Numbered from the stretch's first letter, positions 40,501-53,778 are shown. The stretch: DNA of 64,000 bases from Octopus sinensis (GCF_006345805.1 NC_042998.1:164300001-164364000), one strand, 5' to 3'. The notes: generated by a model from the letters alone, not told the origin. Made by a program: numbers and translations.

Positions 40501-41765
40501 TATTTGTGTATGGGTGCACTCGTCCGTGCTTGTCATAGGAGACACATAACAGTGTAAAACATTCCGTAGTGTACAGAACTCTATATCAGAATGTAGAGCA
40601 GGTTATGAATTTATTTATTTTCTGAATTTACATGAATTGTCATGATCACTTCCACGTCTTACCGATAATCAAGCAGTCAAATTAATACATGAGGCAATTG
40701 TGTTTTTATAATTGGCATAAAGTACAAACATTGCTGAATAAGCTCATTAGTAATACAAAACTATTTTGATGTAGGTGGCATATAAATATATTGCTATACA
40801 TTTATATATCATTTTCACGGTGACACACAAACTCATTCACTCATGAACATACATTTACGTCGTTTTAACTGCATACAAAAAATTCAAAGAATATGCATAC
40901 ATACATACATACATACAATATATATGTGTATATAGTATATGTATTTAGTATTATATTATATATATATATATATTAATATAAATATATTATATATATGTGT
41001 GTGTGTGTGTGTTGTGTGTGTGTGTATGTGGGTGTATATACACACACATATATATATATATATATCTATATATAATATATATATATATCTATATATAATA
41101 TATATATACATATAAAAAAAATTATTAATCATTTATTGACTATATACATCATAATATACATACATATATATACATATATACACATATACAATTATGTAAC
41201 AATTAGCTCCGACCATGGATTTCTGGGGATTAACTCATACACAGCACATAGGAATGCATGGCATCCAGGACACACCTTTATTTATCGAAGGCAACTTCTA
41301 ACGCTTCCTAATGAGCCATAAACTACTTCAGTAACATTAATTGTGCTTTAGTAGTTAAGGAAATAACTTTGTGGCAAAATTTCACTTTGGGAGTAAAAAA
41401 TCGTTTTTTTAACCATACAGTTCCTGGTGACAGCCCGCCAGTGCAATACACATGTGCAGTCATGATGCTATGAAGTTGGTTTTCAGAGGTAGAGAACCGA
41501 GTGCCACCTATTTCTTGACGTTGGAAACAATGGGCTTGTAACAACTTAACCGTGTAACAACTAGACCCGGTCTCCCCTATTTATCCCCTCACCATCGCTT
41601 GACAACCGATGCTGGAGTGTTTATGTCCCTGAAAAGAGAAACGAATGGAATAAGTACCAGGCTTACAAAGAATAAGTCCTGGGGTCGATTTCTTCGAGTA
41701 AAACCTTTTAAGGTGGTGCTCCAGCATGGCTGTAGTCAAATGACTGAAACAGGTAAAAGAATAAA

Positions 41766-41799
<34 letters not shown>

Positions 41800-42284
41800 C
41801 ATGTGTGTACGTATGTATGTTTGTATACACACACATACATGAATGAACGAATGAAAGAAGATAAAAGGTTATTAAAGAAAGGAAAAGTTGAAAACAGCAA
41901 AAAAAGGAAAAAAAGAACGGTTGATACCGATGAAGGAATAAAGAAACAATCAATAATGGAATAAAAAGAAAAAAAGAATGAACGATTGACAGAACAAAAA
42001 TAATTAACGAAGAGAGGGAACAAAGAATGAAACGATGAAAAAAGGCAAAAACGAATCATTGAAAACGCATCGTTAAACATAAGCACGCACACCATCCATA
42101 CACGCAGGGAAATACTGGTGCATGCTCACTTTCTATATACACAGAGAAATGCAGAGATAAACAAGCAGCCTACACATCTAGCTTTTAAAGCATTCTTGTG
42201 CTTCATAGGTGTATGTATTAATCTATTATATACATCGAAATACACACACATTATACATATGTTCACACATTCACATGCAGACAT

Positions 42285-42315
<31 letters not shown>

Positions 42316-42322
<7 letters not shown>

Positions 42323-43140
42323 TCAATATAGGGTGGCAAGGAAAATTTTGTAGAATTTTTTGCCACCAGCGGCCAGTGGGAAAAATTAAATAGTCATAGA
42401 CCATTTTTAAGTTCAACAATAACAATTAAGGAACGGCCATAATAGGCATTCACCCACTAGAAATAACAGCCAAAGCTTCTACCGCAAATAAAGATTAATT
42501 CCGTAAACAGGAGAAAATTAAAAAAACTTTACCCTGTAATTTCTTGTACGGTATACCGTTTCATCCGCTGTTTAATGGTAGACTAACATGATTAAATTAA
42601 ATCAAGCCAATCTCCATAAGCCCTCGGATTCTTCAGCAAGAAATAGCTCAAGTCGGAACAGATATTTACACGAGGCATACTCAATCTTGCCAAGACAATA
42701 TCTGACCTAAAATTTTCAAATCGTCGCACTCGCGCCAAATTTATCGGCAGCAAATAAATATCAGCCGTCGATTCCATTACGGAATTAACCAAAAAATTCA
42801 TAATTAATCAATAGGGTGGCAAGGAAAATTTTGTAGAATTTTATTGCCACCAGCGGCCCAGTGGGAAAAAATTAAATAGTCATAGACCATTTTTAAGTTC
42901 AACAATAACAATTAAGGAACGGCCATAATAGGCCATTCACCCATAGAAATAACAGCCAAAGCTTCTACCGCAAATAAAGATTAATTCCGTAAACAGGAGA
43001 AAATTAAAAAAACATTTACCCTGTAATTTCTTGTACGGTATACCGTTTCATCCGCTGTTTAATGGTAAACTAACATGATTAAACAGCTATTTCTTGCTGA
43101 AGAATCCGAGGGCTTATGGAAGATTGGCTTGATTTAATTT
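42316..43140 (-). repeat. Tandem 485-bp unit (~1.7 copies), putative Penelope pseudo-LTR/retrozyme-like repeat
   Basis: taattaatcaat(at)agggtggcaagg starts at 42316 and at 42801; the copies differ mostly by 1-bp indels; a ~55-bp block is inverted at 43085-43140. Confidence 0.8.
42539..42644 (-). ncRNA. Type-I hammerhead ribozyme, fully canonical
   Basis: Minus strand: ATTTCTTG (stem I), CTGAAGA, ATCCG…~57 nt…CGGAT (stem II), GAAA, C-GG-TATA-CC-G (helix III, palindrome ACGGTATACCGT), TA cleavage, CAAGAAAT (stem I', 8/8 pairs). Confidence 0.85.
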
Positions 43141-43143
43141 AAT

Positions 43144-43870
43144 TGGCGGTCCTGCTCATGGGGTTGATTGGTGGCGGTGACCTTGGTGCAGAGTAGCAGC
43201 TGGTATTAAGGTGGTACATTCGGGTTGTCGGCAGTCAGCGGCTTGAAATTTGCCGGAAGGGCATACTGCTGGTGACAGCAATAAGAGAAATCATATTTCT
43301 TGTTGATGGATACTGCTGGTTGTTGGAGGAATGCAGTTTTTCGCGTAGGCAGAGCTGGCATTTGGGGGCGCCGGGTGAATATGGTGGCGCTCCGTCGTAA
43401 TAGTCCACTTGATGCTGGGTGTTTCATCTCGGAGGTCACGGAGTCTCCAGAGTAAACGGTACAAGGAAGTAGAGTTCTCTCTGTCCCTGGAGCTGAACGA
43501 GTGCATATGCTGGAAGTATCTTACTTTGAAGTCACTGGCTGTCATACCATAGTAATGCCATCAAATATGCCTAGTAATGCCATCGAGTGGTGTAAGGGTG
43601 GCTCTGTATACTACGGCTCATGAGAGGCAGGATCATTCTAGGACGCACATGGTGAGGTTTCGGCAGATACAGGTTGGGGTTGGGGGTGATGCGGGTGCAA
43701 TTTTACGTCTGTCGATGCGTGTGATGTCGGAATCGATGTTGTCTAAGCAGGAGTAGCTCACCTTACCATTATAGGGGTTTAAGAGTTTGTAATACCTGTA
43801 GCATCTGGCCACAGTGTTTCGTAATTAATCACAGGGAGCGCTAGCATTGATGAAGTTCCAAAAAGGTTTT
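43144..43870 (-). mobile_element. Penelope-like element, GIY-YIG endonuclease remnant
   Basis: YYGMTASDFKVRYFQHMHSFSSRDRENSTSLYRLLWRLRD…SIKWTI matches the PLE endonuclease pattern (FK.RY..H..SF……ST.L…W.L…I.W.I), followed by a frameshifted LCL.EK-like segment. Confidence 0.75.
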
Positions 43871-44121
43871 TCGTTGCTTTTGCTACCTTATCAATAGATA
43901 TCTACTCTATCCGTTATTGAAGCTGCATTCCTTTTGCCTGTTTGAGATTTTCTTGCTTCGATAAAGGACAAAGTCGATATTCATTTATAAGGTTGCAGAA
44001 GTAACGGAAAAACTTTGTCTGTCTAGGGACTGACAAAAAAGATTAATAAATGAATCAGTGGAAATTGAAACGGTGAGTGTGTTAAATATATCAAGGCAAT
44101 ATGACTCTTCCCAGACACAAC

Positions 44122-44154
<33 letters not shown>

Positions 44155-47100
44155 ATGTATGTATGTATACACATCCTGCAAACACATATTTACTCACTCA
44201 CACGCACACACCTGTATATATGTGTATGTTAGGTATTTGGGACGATCAAACATTCTTGATTTTTCCTAGTGTCTGTTCAAAGATGGCGATTATAACATCA
44301 TCCCGTCAACCCGCCAAATTGCAACTATTACAAAGTTGAATAAAAACCACGTGAACAAGCGAGCACGAATATTTTAACTTTAAAAATGAACAGGTGGTTG
44401 TGTGATTTTCACTGGAAAATACACCTCGCACCTTGACACATCGAAACAGTGTAATCGAGAAACAGAAGCAAAATGTTCCTCTTTTGCTTCTGCCGCGTCA
44501 ACAAACAGAGGAAAGACTTGGCACAAATAATGAAATCAAATGGTAGTGTCCTAATCAGGAGCAGAAGAGGAGAGTAACTTACCGCTGACAACTTGTGATA
44601 CTTAATTTCATACAAATTACATTCATTTTAGGCAGACATTCATTTTATCTTTCGTCTCTTACGAGATCGATAAGGTAAAAAAAAAAAAACTAATGATATA
44701 CTGAGATCGATATATAATATAATCAACTAAGGCAATGCTCTAGATTGACTGTAGCTCAACAAGTGAAAGTAGTAAAAAGATAAAATAACCAATAAATATT
44801 TAATTATAAAATATTTAATTAGGAAAGAGAATCTGAAGATCTCTCTTTCTTCTGCCCTTTGGTACGTTTTGGCCAGGTAGCTACTTTTCTGGGTCTTTTT
44901 GTTTTGTATATACGTCTGCTGGCTTCTGTTACATTTGATGCCCATTTTAATTAGAATTATGCGTACATATATTCAAACATACATATGTGTTTATGTGTGT
45001 ATAATATGTATGTGTGTGTGAGTGAGTGATTGAGGGAGTATGTATGTAAGTATATTTAGGCACATGTATACATATATGTGCCTGCGTGTGAGCATATATA
45101 TATATATATATGCAGTTATATAAATATATATATATATGAATATTTACGCCCATATATTTGTATATTACATACACATGCATACATATGTATTTATGAATGT
45201 TTATATATATGTGTTTGTGTATGTATTTAGTCATGGACATACGTATATATGTGTGTATACATGCAAACATTATGCCCTCAAATCCATACTTGAATACACC
45301 CACATCGTTAAACATTTGATGCAAATAAACTTAATTTAAAGAAGCGTCAATTCATGCAGGAAACGTTGATGCATTGTCATAATGAACAATGAGAATTGTT
45401 GTGTCTGTCTTTATATCTGAATAACAAGGTTCTTTTGTTGGATTTAATGAAAAACAATAAAACCTGCTCCGAAGAAAACAAGCGTATAGCAGAAATTAAT
45501 CATTCGCATTTATAACAATAATCAATTGTATGTTTTGGGTCATATGAACAATTTTAAATTAAAAATATGCTAACATCAAAAAATGTAAGGTCACAAAGAA
45601 GATTAACACCAAAATGAAAGCTAGGATTAAAATTTAATAAAATATACAAAACAGAGGGTAAAGTAAATAAATTTTTTAAAAAAAAGCTACGAAATTTAGA
45701 TTAAATATTCACTATATTTCTGTGTGAGTAGTAGCAGCAGAAATTTTCCAAATTTGAATTTACTGCGAACCGCATACGATGGAAATTCAAATAAATTAAT
45801 CTATTTTTAAAAACTTAAGTACTCAAGCATATATACACATAGAGGCGCTGTCACACCTCATATATACTCACTTATAGGGATACAAATATAACACTATGAA
45901 ACACGGTCTTTGTCCTGGGGTAGCAACTATTATTTCTTATTTGCTTACTCCTAGAAAGTTTGAAAAATGACTATTTTTATTCAAACCCCGCAAAATCCTT
46001 CTCAACCTATGACTCTCAACACTAATTCTGCTCGTGATCAGAGATGCATATATTATCAGCCACTAAGAGATATGTTATTTGTTCCTTCTCGAGCCATGCC
46101 TGACTCATAAGGGCTGGTTTCCCGGTTTCATTGGCGTACAGGTCCGTCGCAACTAAGAGATATGTTCAAGTGGTTAAGGTCAAACAACTGATAAGCAAAT
46201 CTGTGGTATTGAGTAGAATATTTACTATGACGATATTTCTGATTCTGCAACTCAGTGCTGAATCTATCTCAAATATAATGAAAAATAGGTCAGTTTCGAT
46301 GCATTGATGTCCAACTCACAAAGGCAAAGTTTGAAGGGAATAGTAGCCATTTCCTTTTATTTCTAGCTCTCACTGTGCATGCAACCGTGTATTGCCATCT
46401 GTCGGCACGTTACAGAACTAGTCCGGGAACATTTTGATACCACTACGTATCACGAAGAGCTTTCTCGAACTTCACAAGAGAGACAAAACACGCCTTGTTG
46501 ACCTTAATTTCCCTTTACCGAATGTTTTGCTTAAAATAGCACGGTCTTTAGTGACGCACTTCAGCCATTGCTTCTTTTACTCCGACAGGAAGGACAGGTT
46601 TAAAAACCACGAAATCCCCGATGACATTTGCGAAAGTGGCAGTTTTCCTTTTCGTTTGTTGTTTTTGTCATTATCACTTTTATTACTGTTATGGTCACTT
46701 ATGTTGCCAATACCGTTAAAGTCCATCTAACGACAACGACAATATTGTAAACAGCTCATGCTATAATTGCTCATGTCACCGAATGTTTGGCTTTATTCAT
46801 TTTGTTTGTGCTTGTGATTTTGTCCATCAAGCGTCTTTTTTTTCACAAACCAATTTATTATTTCGGGTGGTCTTTTTGTTTCACTTTTATCTTTATTTTT
46901 GTAGATTTTTTTTTTTCTGTCCGTTGTAAATGTTGCCGTTGTGCTGGAAGTCTCCGCTGATTATCACCATCAAAGACGCCATGTTGACGATGAACAAGGA
47001 AAATACAAATGACATTTTGCGAAAACCAAAGAAAAGTAAAAGAAAAATATTTAACTCTACAAATGAGGGGAGAGAATTAAGGCGTAAATTCTCACCTCGA

Positions 47101-47299
47101 TTTTGAAACAGTCAACACACACAAAAAAAAAAAGAAAACTCAGATACACACATACGCACGCATGCACACACTCATACACACACATTTCTGATAGTAATTC
47201 AATATTTAAACACAAAACCAACAGATTGATCGAAACACGTCTGACTGACTGTCCGTCAGATAATAATAATAATAATTAATAATAATAATAATAATAATA

Positions 47300-47680
47300 A
47301 GCACTAAGGCCAGCAATTTCGGGGTAGGGGGTAAATCAAGTACATCAACCCTAGTGCTCAACTGCTCAACTGGTACTTATATTATCGGCCTTAGAAGAGA
47401 TGAAATGAAAAGTCGACATCGGCAGAATTCGGACTCAAAACATAAAGACGGACGAAATACCGCTAAGCATTTTGACCGGCGTGCTATAATAAGTATAATA
47501 AGTTCTAACATCAGGCCAGCAATTTCGGAAGAGGGATTAAGTCGATTACATCGATCTCAGTGCTCAACTGGTACTTTTATCGACCCGAAAGGATAAAAAG
47601 TAAAGTCAACCTCGGGGGAATTTGAACTCAGAACTTAAAGATGAACGAAGTACCGCTAACGATTCTGCCAGCACGCCGCT
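47300..47680 (-). mobile_element. Cluster of family B SINE fragments
   Basis: Repeated gtgctcaactggtactt…aagtc(g/a)ac…gaatt…gactcaaaac blocks. Confidence 0.75.
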
Positions 47681-48109
47681 TTCATTCATCGGTTACAATG
47701 ATTTCATACACACAAACTTCACTCATTCACGAAAAAAGAATGTGACTGATCGTTGTATATACATATATAATCATAAGATATATATGAGATAAGACCAAGG
47801 CTGAACCAGTATTCTTCAGGGCTGTGACTGCCTCCCGCTTCTAATTTTTTCCGGCCGGTATATTATCCGCATGGCCCTCTAGAATTTGTTCGACAAAAAT
47901 TCATCAAGGTAGTGCCCCAGCATGGTCGCTGTCCAATGACTGAAACAAACACAGGATAAAAGTAAAGAATAAAATAAAGATTTCCCGTGAAAGATAATGA
48001 CAGACGAGGAGAAGGAAAAGTTAAACACAAAAATACCGAGATAGAGAAAACATTATCATCATCATCATCATCTTCATAATAATAATAAACATTCATCATC
48101 AATGTCATT

Positions 48110-48152
<43 letters not shown>

Positions 48153-49046
48153 ACATCATCACCATCATCCTTGATCATCATCAGTGAAGCAAAGCTGTTA
48201 AGATAACACCAATATATATGTCAGGATAGAAAAAACATATTAAAAGATAATCCATATGATTATCCTAGCTGAACAAACTAGAAAAGGATCGAATTTTAAA
48301 TCCTCATTCAGAAATTTAGACCTTGATGATGATGATGATGATAATGATGATGATCATGATGGTAGGGAGAAGGTGCAGGAGCAGGACTAGGAGGAGGTGG
48401 ATGAAGAGGAAGAGGACGACGGATGTGGTGGTGTTGGTAGTGGGTGTTGGTGGGTGGTAGTGGTGGTGGTGGGGAAGGTGGGGTGGTTGCAGTGGCTACG
48501 GCTGGTGGTTGTTCTGGTCATGATCATCACCTGAAGCAGACGTAGAGATACGGTCAATGCCGTCACCGACAATAGAGGTCATCGTTGGAAGCTTTAATGT
48601 CACCTTTGTGTGTGCTTCAGCTGAAGGCTGACTGACTTATGTGCAAAGCTGCAATAAATTTTTGATTAACAAATAGTACTGCCTTAAAAGATTTGCATGA
48701 TCGCCAGTAATTGGTTGTAAGAGTAACAACGATGTAATCTCGTCAAGCGAGAATAACGTTAACAAAAATGGCGACTTTGAAACTACGTTTCGCTTGTGAT
48801 TACACAGGAGGACAAAAAGGTTAAATAGTGTTTTATACACTTTCAATTGGCTTGGTACCTTTTTTGTTTTTTGTTACCGCAGGAAAAGCAGAGGAATAAG
48901 ATCAACTGTAATTTAATACAGAGAAAGACTAGACAGGTAAAAATATTGATTGTATTCCTCTTTTTATTAACAAGTTTAATTCGTTAGAATACAAATATAT
49001 GTGCGTGTGTGTTTTAATGATGAATATGTACATAGACTCCCACGCA

Positions 49047-49093
<47 letters not shown>

Positions 49094-49296
49094 TATATAT
49101 ATAATATATATATAATATATTAATGTTTGTTTTTATGCTCACTTATAATGAAAACATAATAATAAAAATAACTCACATTAACTTGATGGGTTATTCCATA
49201 GCTTTTTGTAGATTACAAATTTAATATTCGTATTAACTTCGAAGTCACTACCAACAATATTCTAAGTCACTAAACATATTCTTGTTAAAAACATAA

Positions 49297-49340
<44 letters not shown>

Positions 49341-49403
49341 ATGTCTATGTATATTATATATATATATATAGACGTATATATATATATATATATATAGACG
49401 TAT

Positions 49404-49460
<57 letters not shown>

Positions 49461-49537
49461 TCCACCACACACACACTACACCACCACACACATACACCCA
49501 CATATATATATTTCTTTTAGACTTTCCTGTGTCTCCT

Positions 49538-49572
49538 GTTTCCGAAGAAGAGCTTTGCTCGAAACATTAAAC
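49538..49572 (+). ncRNA. Minimal hammerhead-like motif (CCGAAGA variant, decayed helix III)
   Basis: GTTT-CCGAAGA-A-GAGC-TTT-GCTC-GAAAC-ATT-AAAC; the related half-motif gctcGAAACGTA occurs at ~10598. Confidence 0.45.
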
Positions 49573-50183
49573 AACCACTCTTTCTTTCCTTCTCTGAGCG
49601 TCTTATTAATACTTTGCATGTACCACGTCCTCCCGTGGTTATCTTTAGTGTACTTTCTTCACCACTGCCTTTGAATATATCGTTGCATTGCCAATGTCAT
49701 GCGAATGCAAACATTTCGTAACATTCGCTAAGACGTTTTTAATTTTCTATATACGCACTTTAATTACTGGTTCAGCTACATCTCGTGATAGTGAAGAAAG
49801 CATATTATAATTATTCCACGTATAGTTTCCTATTGTTTTCTCAAGAGTATCATACAGTAACTTCAGAGGTTACATTATTTTATATTGTTAAAATTTCAAT
49901 ATTTCATACTCGTTCCATATCTACATATATGTATTCTGTACGTACATATAAACATACATAGATACATATACACACGCACACAGGCACACACGCATACACA
50001 CGCATATACATATGTGCAATATATACATACATACATACGTACATATATACATAGATAAATAATTTATACCCATATCTATCAATGCGAAACTAACATCTTT
50101 GGTTTTTCACTGATACACTGGATAAAACCGGCGAACTTGGATGCTGATATACCTTTAAGAGGATTTTATATCCTTGACTTAAT

Positions 50184-50217
<34 letters not shown>

Positions 50218-50332
50218 TGAGATTCAGTTGAATTAAGTACTTAAGTTCAAGCATCAAGATAATGTGGTATTATCCGTACAACTCGAACTAAGGTGAATAA
50301 AATCAAAATAAGCAACAAGATATCAAGAGGTG

Positions 50333-50418
50333 ATGCAGTACGACCGTTTCAAGCGACACCAGTTAATTGGATAATGCAAATTACATCAATTTAAATGCAG
50401 CGCTATCCTCAGCTGCAT
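50333..50418 (-). ncRNA. Type-I hammerhead ribozyme motif
   Basis: Minus strand: ATGCAG, CTGAGGA, T-AGCG…CGCT-T, GAAAC-GGTC-GTA, CTGCAT; stem I 6 bp, stem II 4 bp above a U·U. Confidence 0.75.
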
Positions 50419-50742
50419 AATAAATAGAATTTTTAATCAGTTGAACACATTAATATAATTTTACACACATTCTCTAATAGAACAAGAAGAGAGAAAGAGT
50501 CGATGTTGTCACTAATGTAGCTAAGAATATACTACAGTTCTAAGAAATGCATGAAGTTTGTTAGGGTCATAGCTTGTAAGGGATTGTGGTTCATTTTTAA
50601 TTTACGAGTCTTTTTATCAACTAGCAAATCTAAGGATAGCCCTGCCTTCAAATTGATGTAATGATTGTATTGTTCAATTAAATGGAGTCGCTTGAAACGG
50701 TCGTACAGCATCCCCTCTTCATATCATATTGCTTATTTTGAT

Positions 50743-50816
<74 letters not shown>

Positions 50817-50898
50817 CTTACATGCAGCAATAGATCTGGATGGAAATGTTTACTAATTTTTCAATAAATTTGAGTAAATATTGCAAATTATCGAAATA

Positions 50899-50967
<69 letters not shown>

Positions 50968-51316
50968 ATATTATATATATATAATGCATATATTGGTACA
51001 GGACGTCAAACAACATGAAATACGAAAACAAATGAGTATATACGCAATAACGAGAGGAAAAGAAGACAAGTATAACACAACTCTTCATCAGTTTTGGCTG
51101 TCTTTCTCTCCCCGTTTCGAGATGAGTATATATATATATATATATAATATATACATGTATGTATGTATGTATGTATGTATGTATGTATGTATGTATGTAT
51201 GTATGTATGTATGTATGTATGTATTATATGATATATGTATGTGTCTGTGTACGTGCGAACACACACACATATGAATATATTTAGTTACATATATACACGC
51301 ACAAAGATATATATAT

Positions 51317-51354
<38 letters not shown>

Positions 51355-51987
51355 ATTATAGATATATATATATATGTTGCGAGAGTGGGTGTGTATTTGT
51401 ATTTATATATAAATGTTGCTATAAGCCTCTCTTGCTTGTTTGATACGCATTTAGCTGTTGCCCTTCACCCATAACTCAGCTCCGATCTAGCAAATTTCTC
51501 ATCTAAGGCTTTTCAGCCGTAACCATCATAACATTTTCCTGTAGGAAATACAAGCGCACATTATCCAACATGTACCCTCTGGAGAATGTAGGGTGTAATT
51601 TGAGAGATACTTTGTTGTTATTTCTAGCATGTTGACCTACCACGTAGAGTCTTTTCCTGATTGATTTGGTCTCGATATGAAATTAGCTAATATAAGAGGG
51701 AAATTAGCCTGCGTTCTCTGAAAAGTTCACCAACGATATAGCATGTATGTATAGGGTAAATGTGCTTGAAAGTTGTGGTTTCTGTGGTATGTTTGTTCCC
51801 AAACAACACTTATTTTAGTGGTGTTGACAGCACCGGATTAAATGGTACTGCCCAGGTGTCGAAACCATAATGATAACGGGGGCCAACTGATGATGGAAGT
51901 AAGTTGGATTTGTTGGTATGGCTGTTTTTGTATATGTAGAATAAAATTATAACGCATACTTTTGATATATATATATATATATTATAT

Positions 51988-52042
<55 letters not shown>

Positions 52043-52584
52043 GGATAGATAGATAGATAGATACACACATATATAATATATACACATATGTATTTATGCG
52101 TGTGTGTGTGTCTGTGTGTCTGTGTGCCTTAGTGCCTTTGTTTCTCCCCTACCCACACCACCATCTAATAAACAGTGATGGGTTTTTTAAGTTTCGCGTA
52201 TCTTACCAGTTCTGTAAAAGACACCAATAGAATAAGGACCAGACGTAAAAAAGAAATTAAGTACTGGTTGGTTTGTTCGAGTAAATACTTCAAGACGGTG
52301 CCTCCAGCATGGCCGCAGTTCAATAACACATGAAAGAACTATTCTAAACATGTTTTGAATTTCGTCTACAGCGCAACTGAAGGATACTCAAGCTATATAT
52401 AAACTTTGCATGAGAGCGCAGGTCCTCACGCACCACCCGGTCCAGATGGTCTCTCGAGTCCGAGAAAGCCGGTTCTGTTATTTCTTGTTGAACAACCAGC
52501 ACAGATGATTTGTTTATAGTGATCAAATGTTCGTGCTGTAAAATTATATTAATGCGTCCAACTGATTAAAAATTCTATTTATTT

Positions 52585-52666
52585 ATGCAGCTGAAGATAG
52601 CCCTGCATTTAAATTGATGTAATGATTGCATTGTCCCTTGTGTCACTTGAAACGGTCGTACTGCAT
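52585..52666 (+). ncRNA. Type-I hammerhead motif, same family as 50333-50418 (weakened stem II)
   Basis: ATGCAG-CTGAAGA-TAGCC…CACTT-GAAAC-GGTC-GTA-CTGCAT. Confidence 0.6.
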
Positions 52667-52734
52667 CACTTCATGATATCCTGTTGCTTATTTTGATTTG
52701 ATTCACGAACATTTGATCACTATAAACAAATGTT

Positions 52735-53005
52735 CACACTCTCTCCATCAAATCGTCGTTGCCTGAACAGGTGTACAGTGCATCACACGATAGATGCCGA
52801 AGTGATCACAGAGCAACGTGAGCTGAAGTGCTTTGCTTAAGAACACAACGCACCGCCTACTCCGAGGATCGAAACTATATCTCATTCGCAATTATATTTC
52901 TTTAGTGTAAATCATACTTCGTGGTCACTGCCTAGGCCGGGAATCGAACATACGATCTCGCGATCGTGAGTGCAACTCCCTAACCATCTAGGCCATGCAC
53001 CTTCA
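52735..53005 (-). mobile_element. tRNA-derived SINE fragments (family C related)
   Basis: Reverse complement of ggtgcatggcctagatggttagggagttgcactcacgatcgcgagatcgtatgttcgattcccgg; shares caacgtgagctgaagtg…aagaacacaacgc with 34990-35165. Confidence 0.65.
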
Positions 53006-53462
53006 CTGACACTATTACATAACATCGCTAATGTCATCTGCAACGTTGAACGACAGGTAACGGTTTGAGCGGTTTAGCTTTCGTTCATCATCAGGTGCCC
53101 TATTAGCGCTCTGACAATATATATTTCTCGTTTAGATTCAGAGTAAAAAAAGCATTCATTCATTCGTATATATATGCGAACAGTTTTTCTTTCTTTTGTT
53201 TAGATTTAGCCTTTTGATGTGATTGCGACCGAATTTGAGACTGGACCAGGAAATCATTTCCTCGTTAGTCTGACACTCAAAATAGCGACTTTCGATTAAT
53301 TCGTTCAGAGCATTTCTAAGGAATCTTGCTTCTACAAGGTTATTTGTATAATCCTGCCGACGTATGATTCCAAACGAAGCTAATTTTGTATCAGTTCTCA
53401 GCAACAAAAGATAGGACATAAATGAATGCCCAGTCTTTGATGGAGAGATATCAGTCATCATT

Positions 53463-53493
<31 letters not shown>

Positions 53494-53728
53494 TGTGTGT
53501 GTGTGTGTATGTGTGTGTGTATGTGTGTGTACGCGCGCGCACAGACACACACACACATATATATATTGCATAAATTTGGCACTGATTGCTAAGTCAATAT
53601 CGCTCTGAACTAATTATTGCATTCCAGGAATTGTTTCGTCCTTATTGGTTCCAAGTTCAAATTCGATACTTTCATTTGCCTCGAGATATACTATTAATAA
53701 TAATGATGATGATGATGATGCTGATGCT

Positions 53729-53778
<50 letters not shown>

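Noticed and set aside
46434-46730. 98-aa plus-strand ORF and short minus-strand ORFs, one with a signal-peptide-like start at ~47015
   Set aside because: TTG start or early stop at a homopolymer, no recognisable domain and no convincing splice sites.
51070-51125. Minus-strand GAAAC followed by CTGATGA (type II order)
   Set aside because: No NUH site or stem I between the two motifs.
53060-53100. Minus-strand CTGATGA…GCTC-AAAC hammerhead-like remnant
   Set aside because: GAAA is broken and stem I does not pair; at most a decayed relic.
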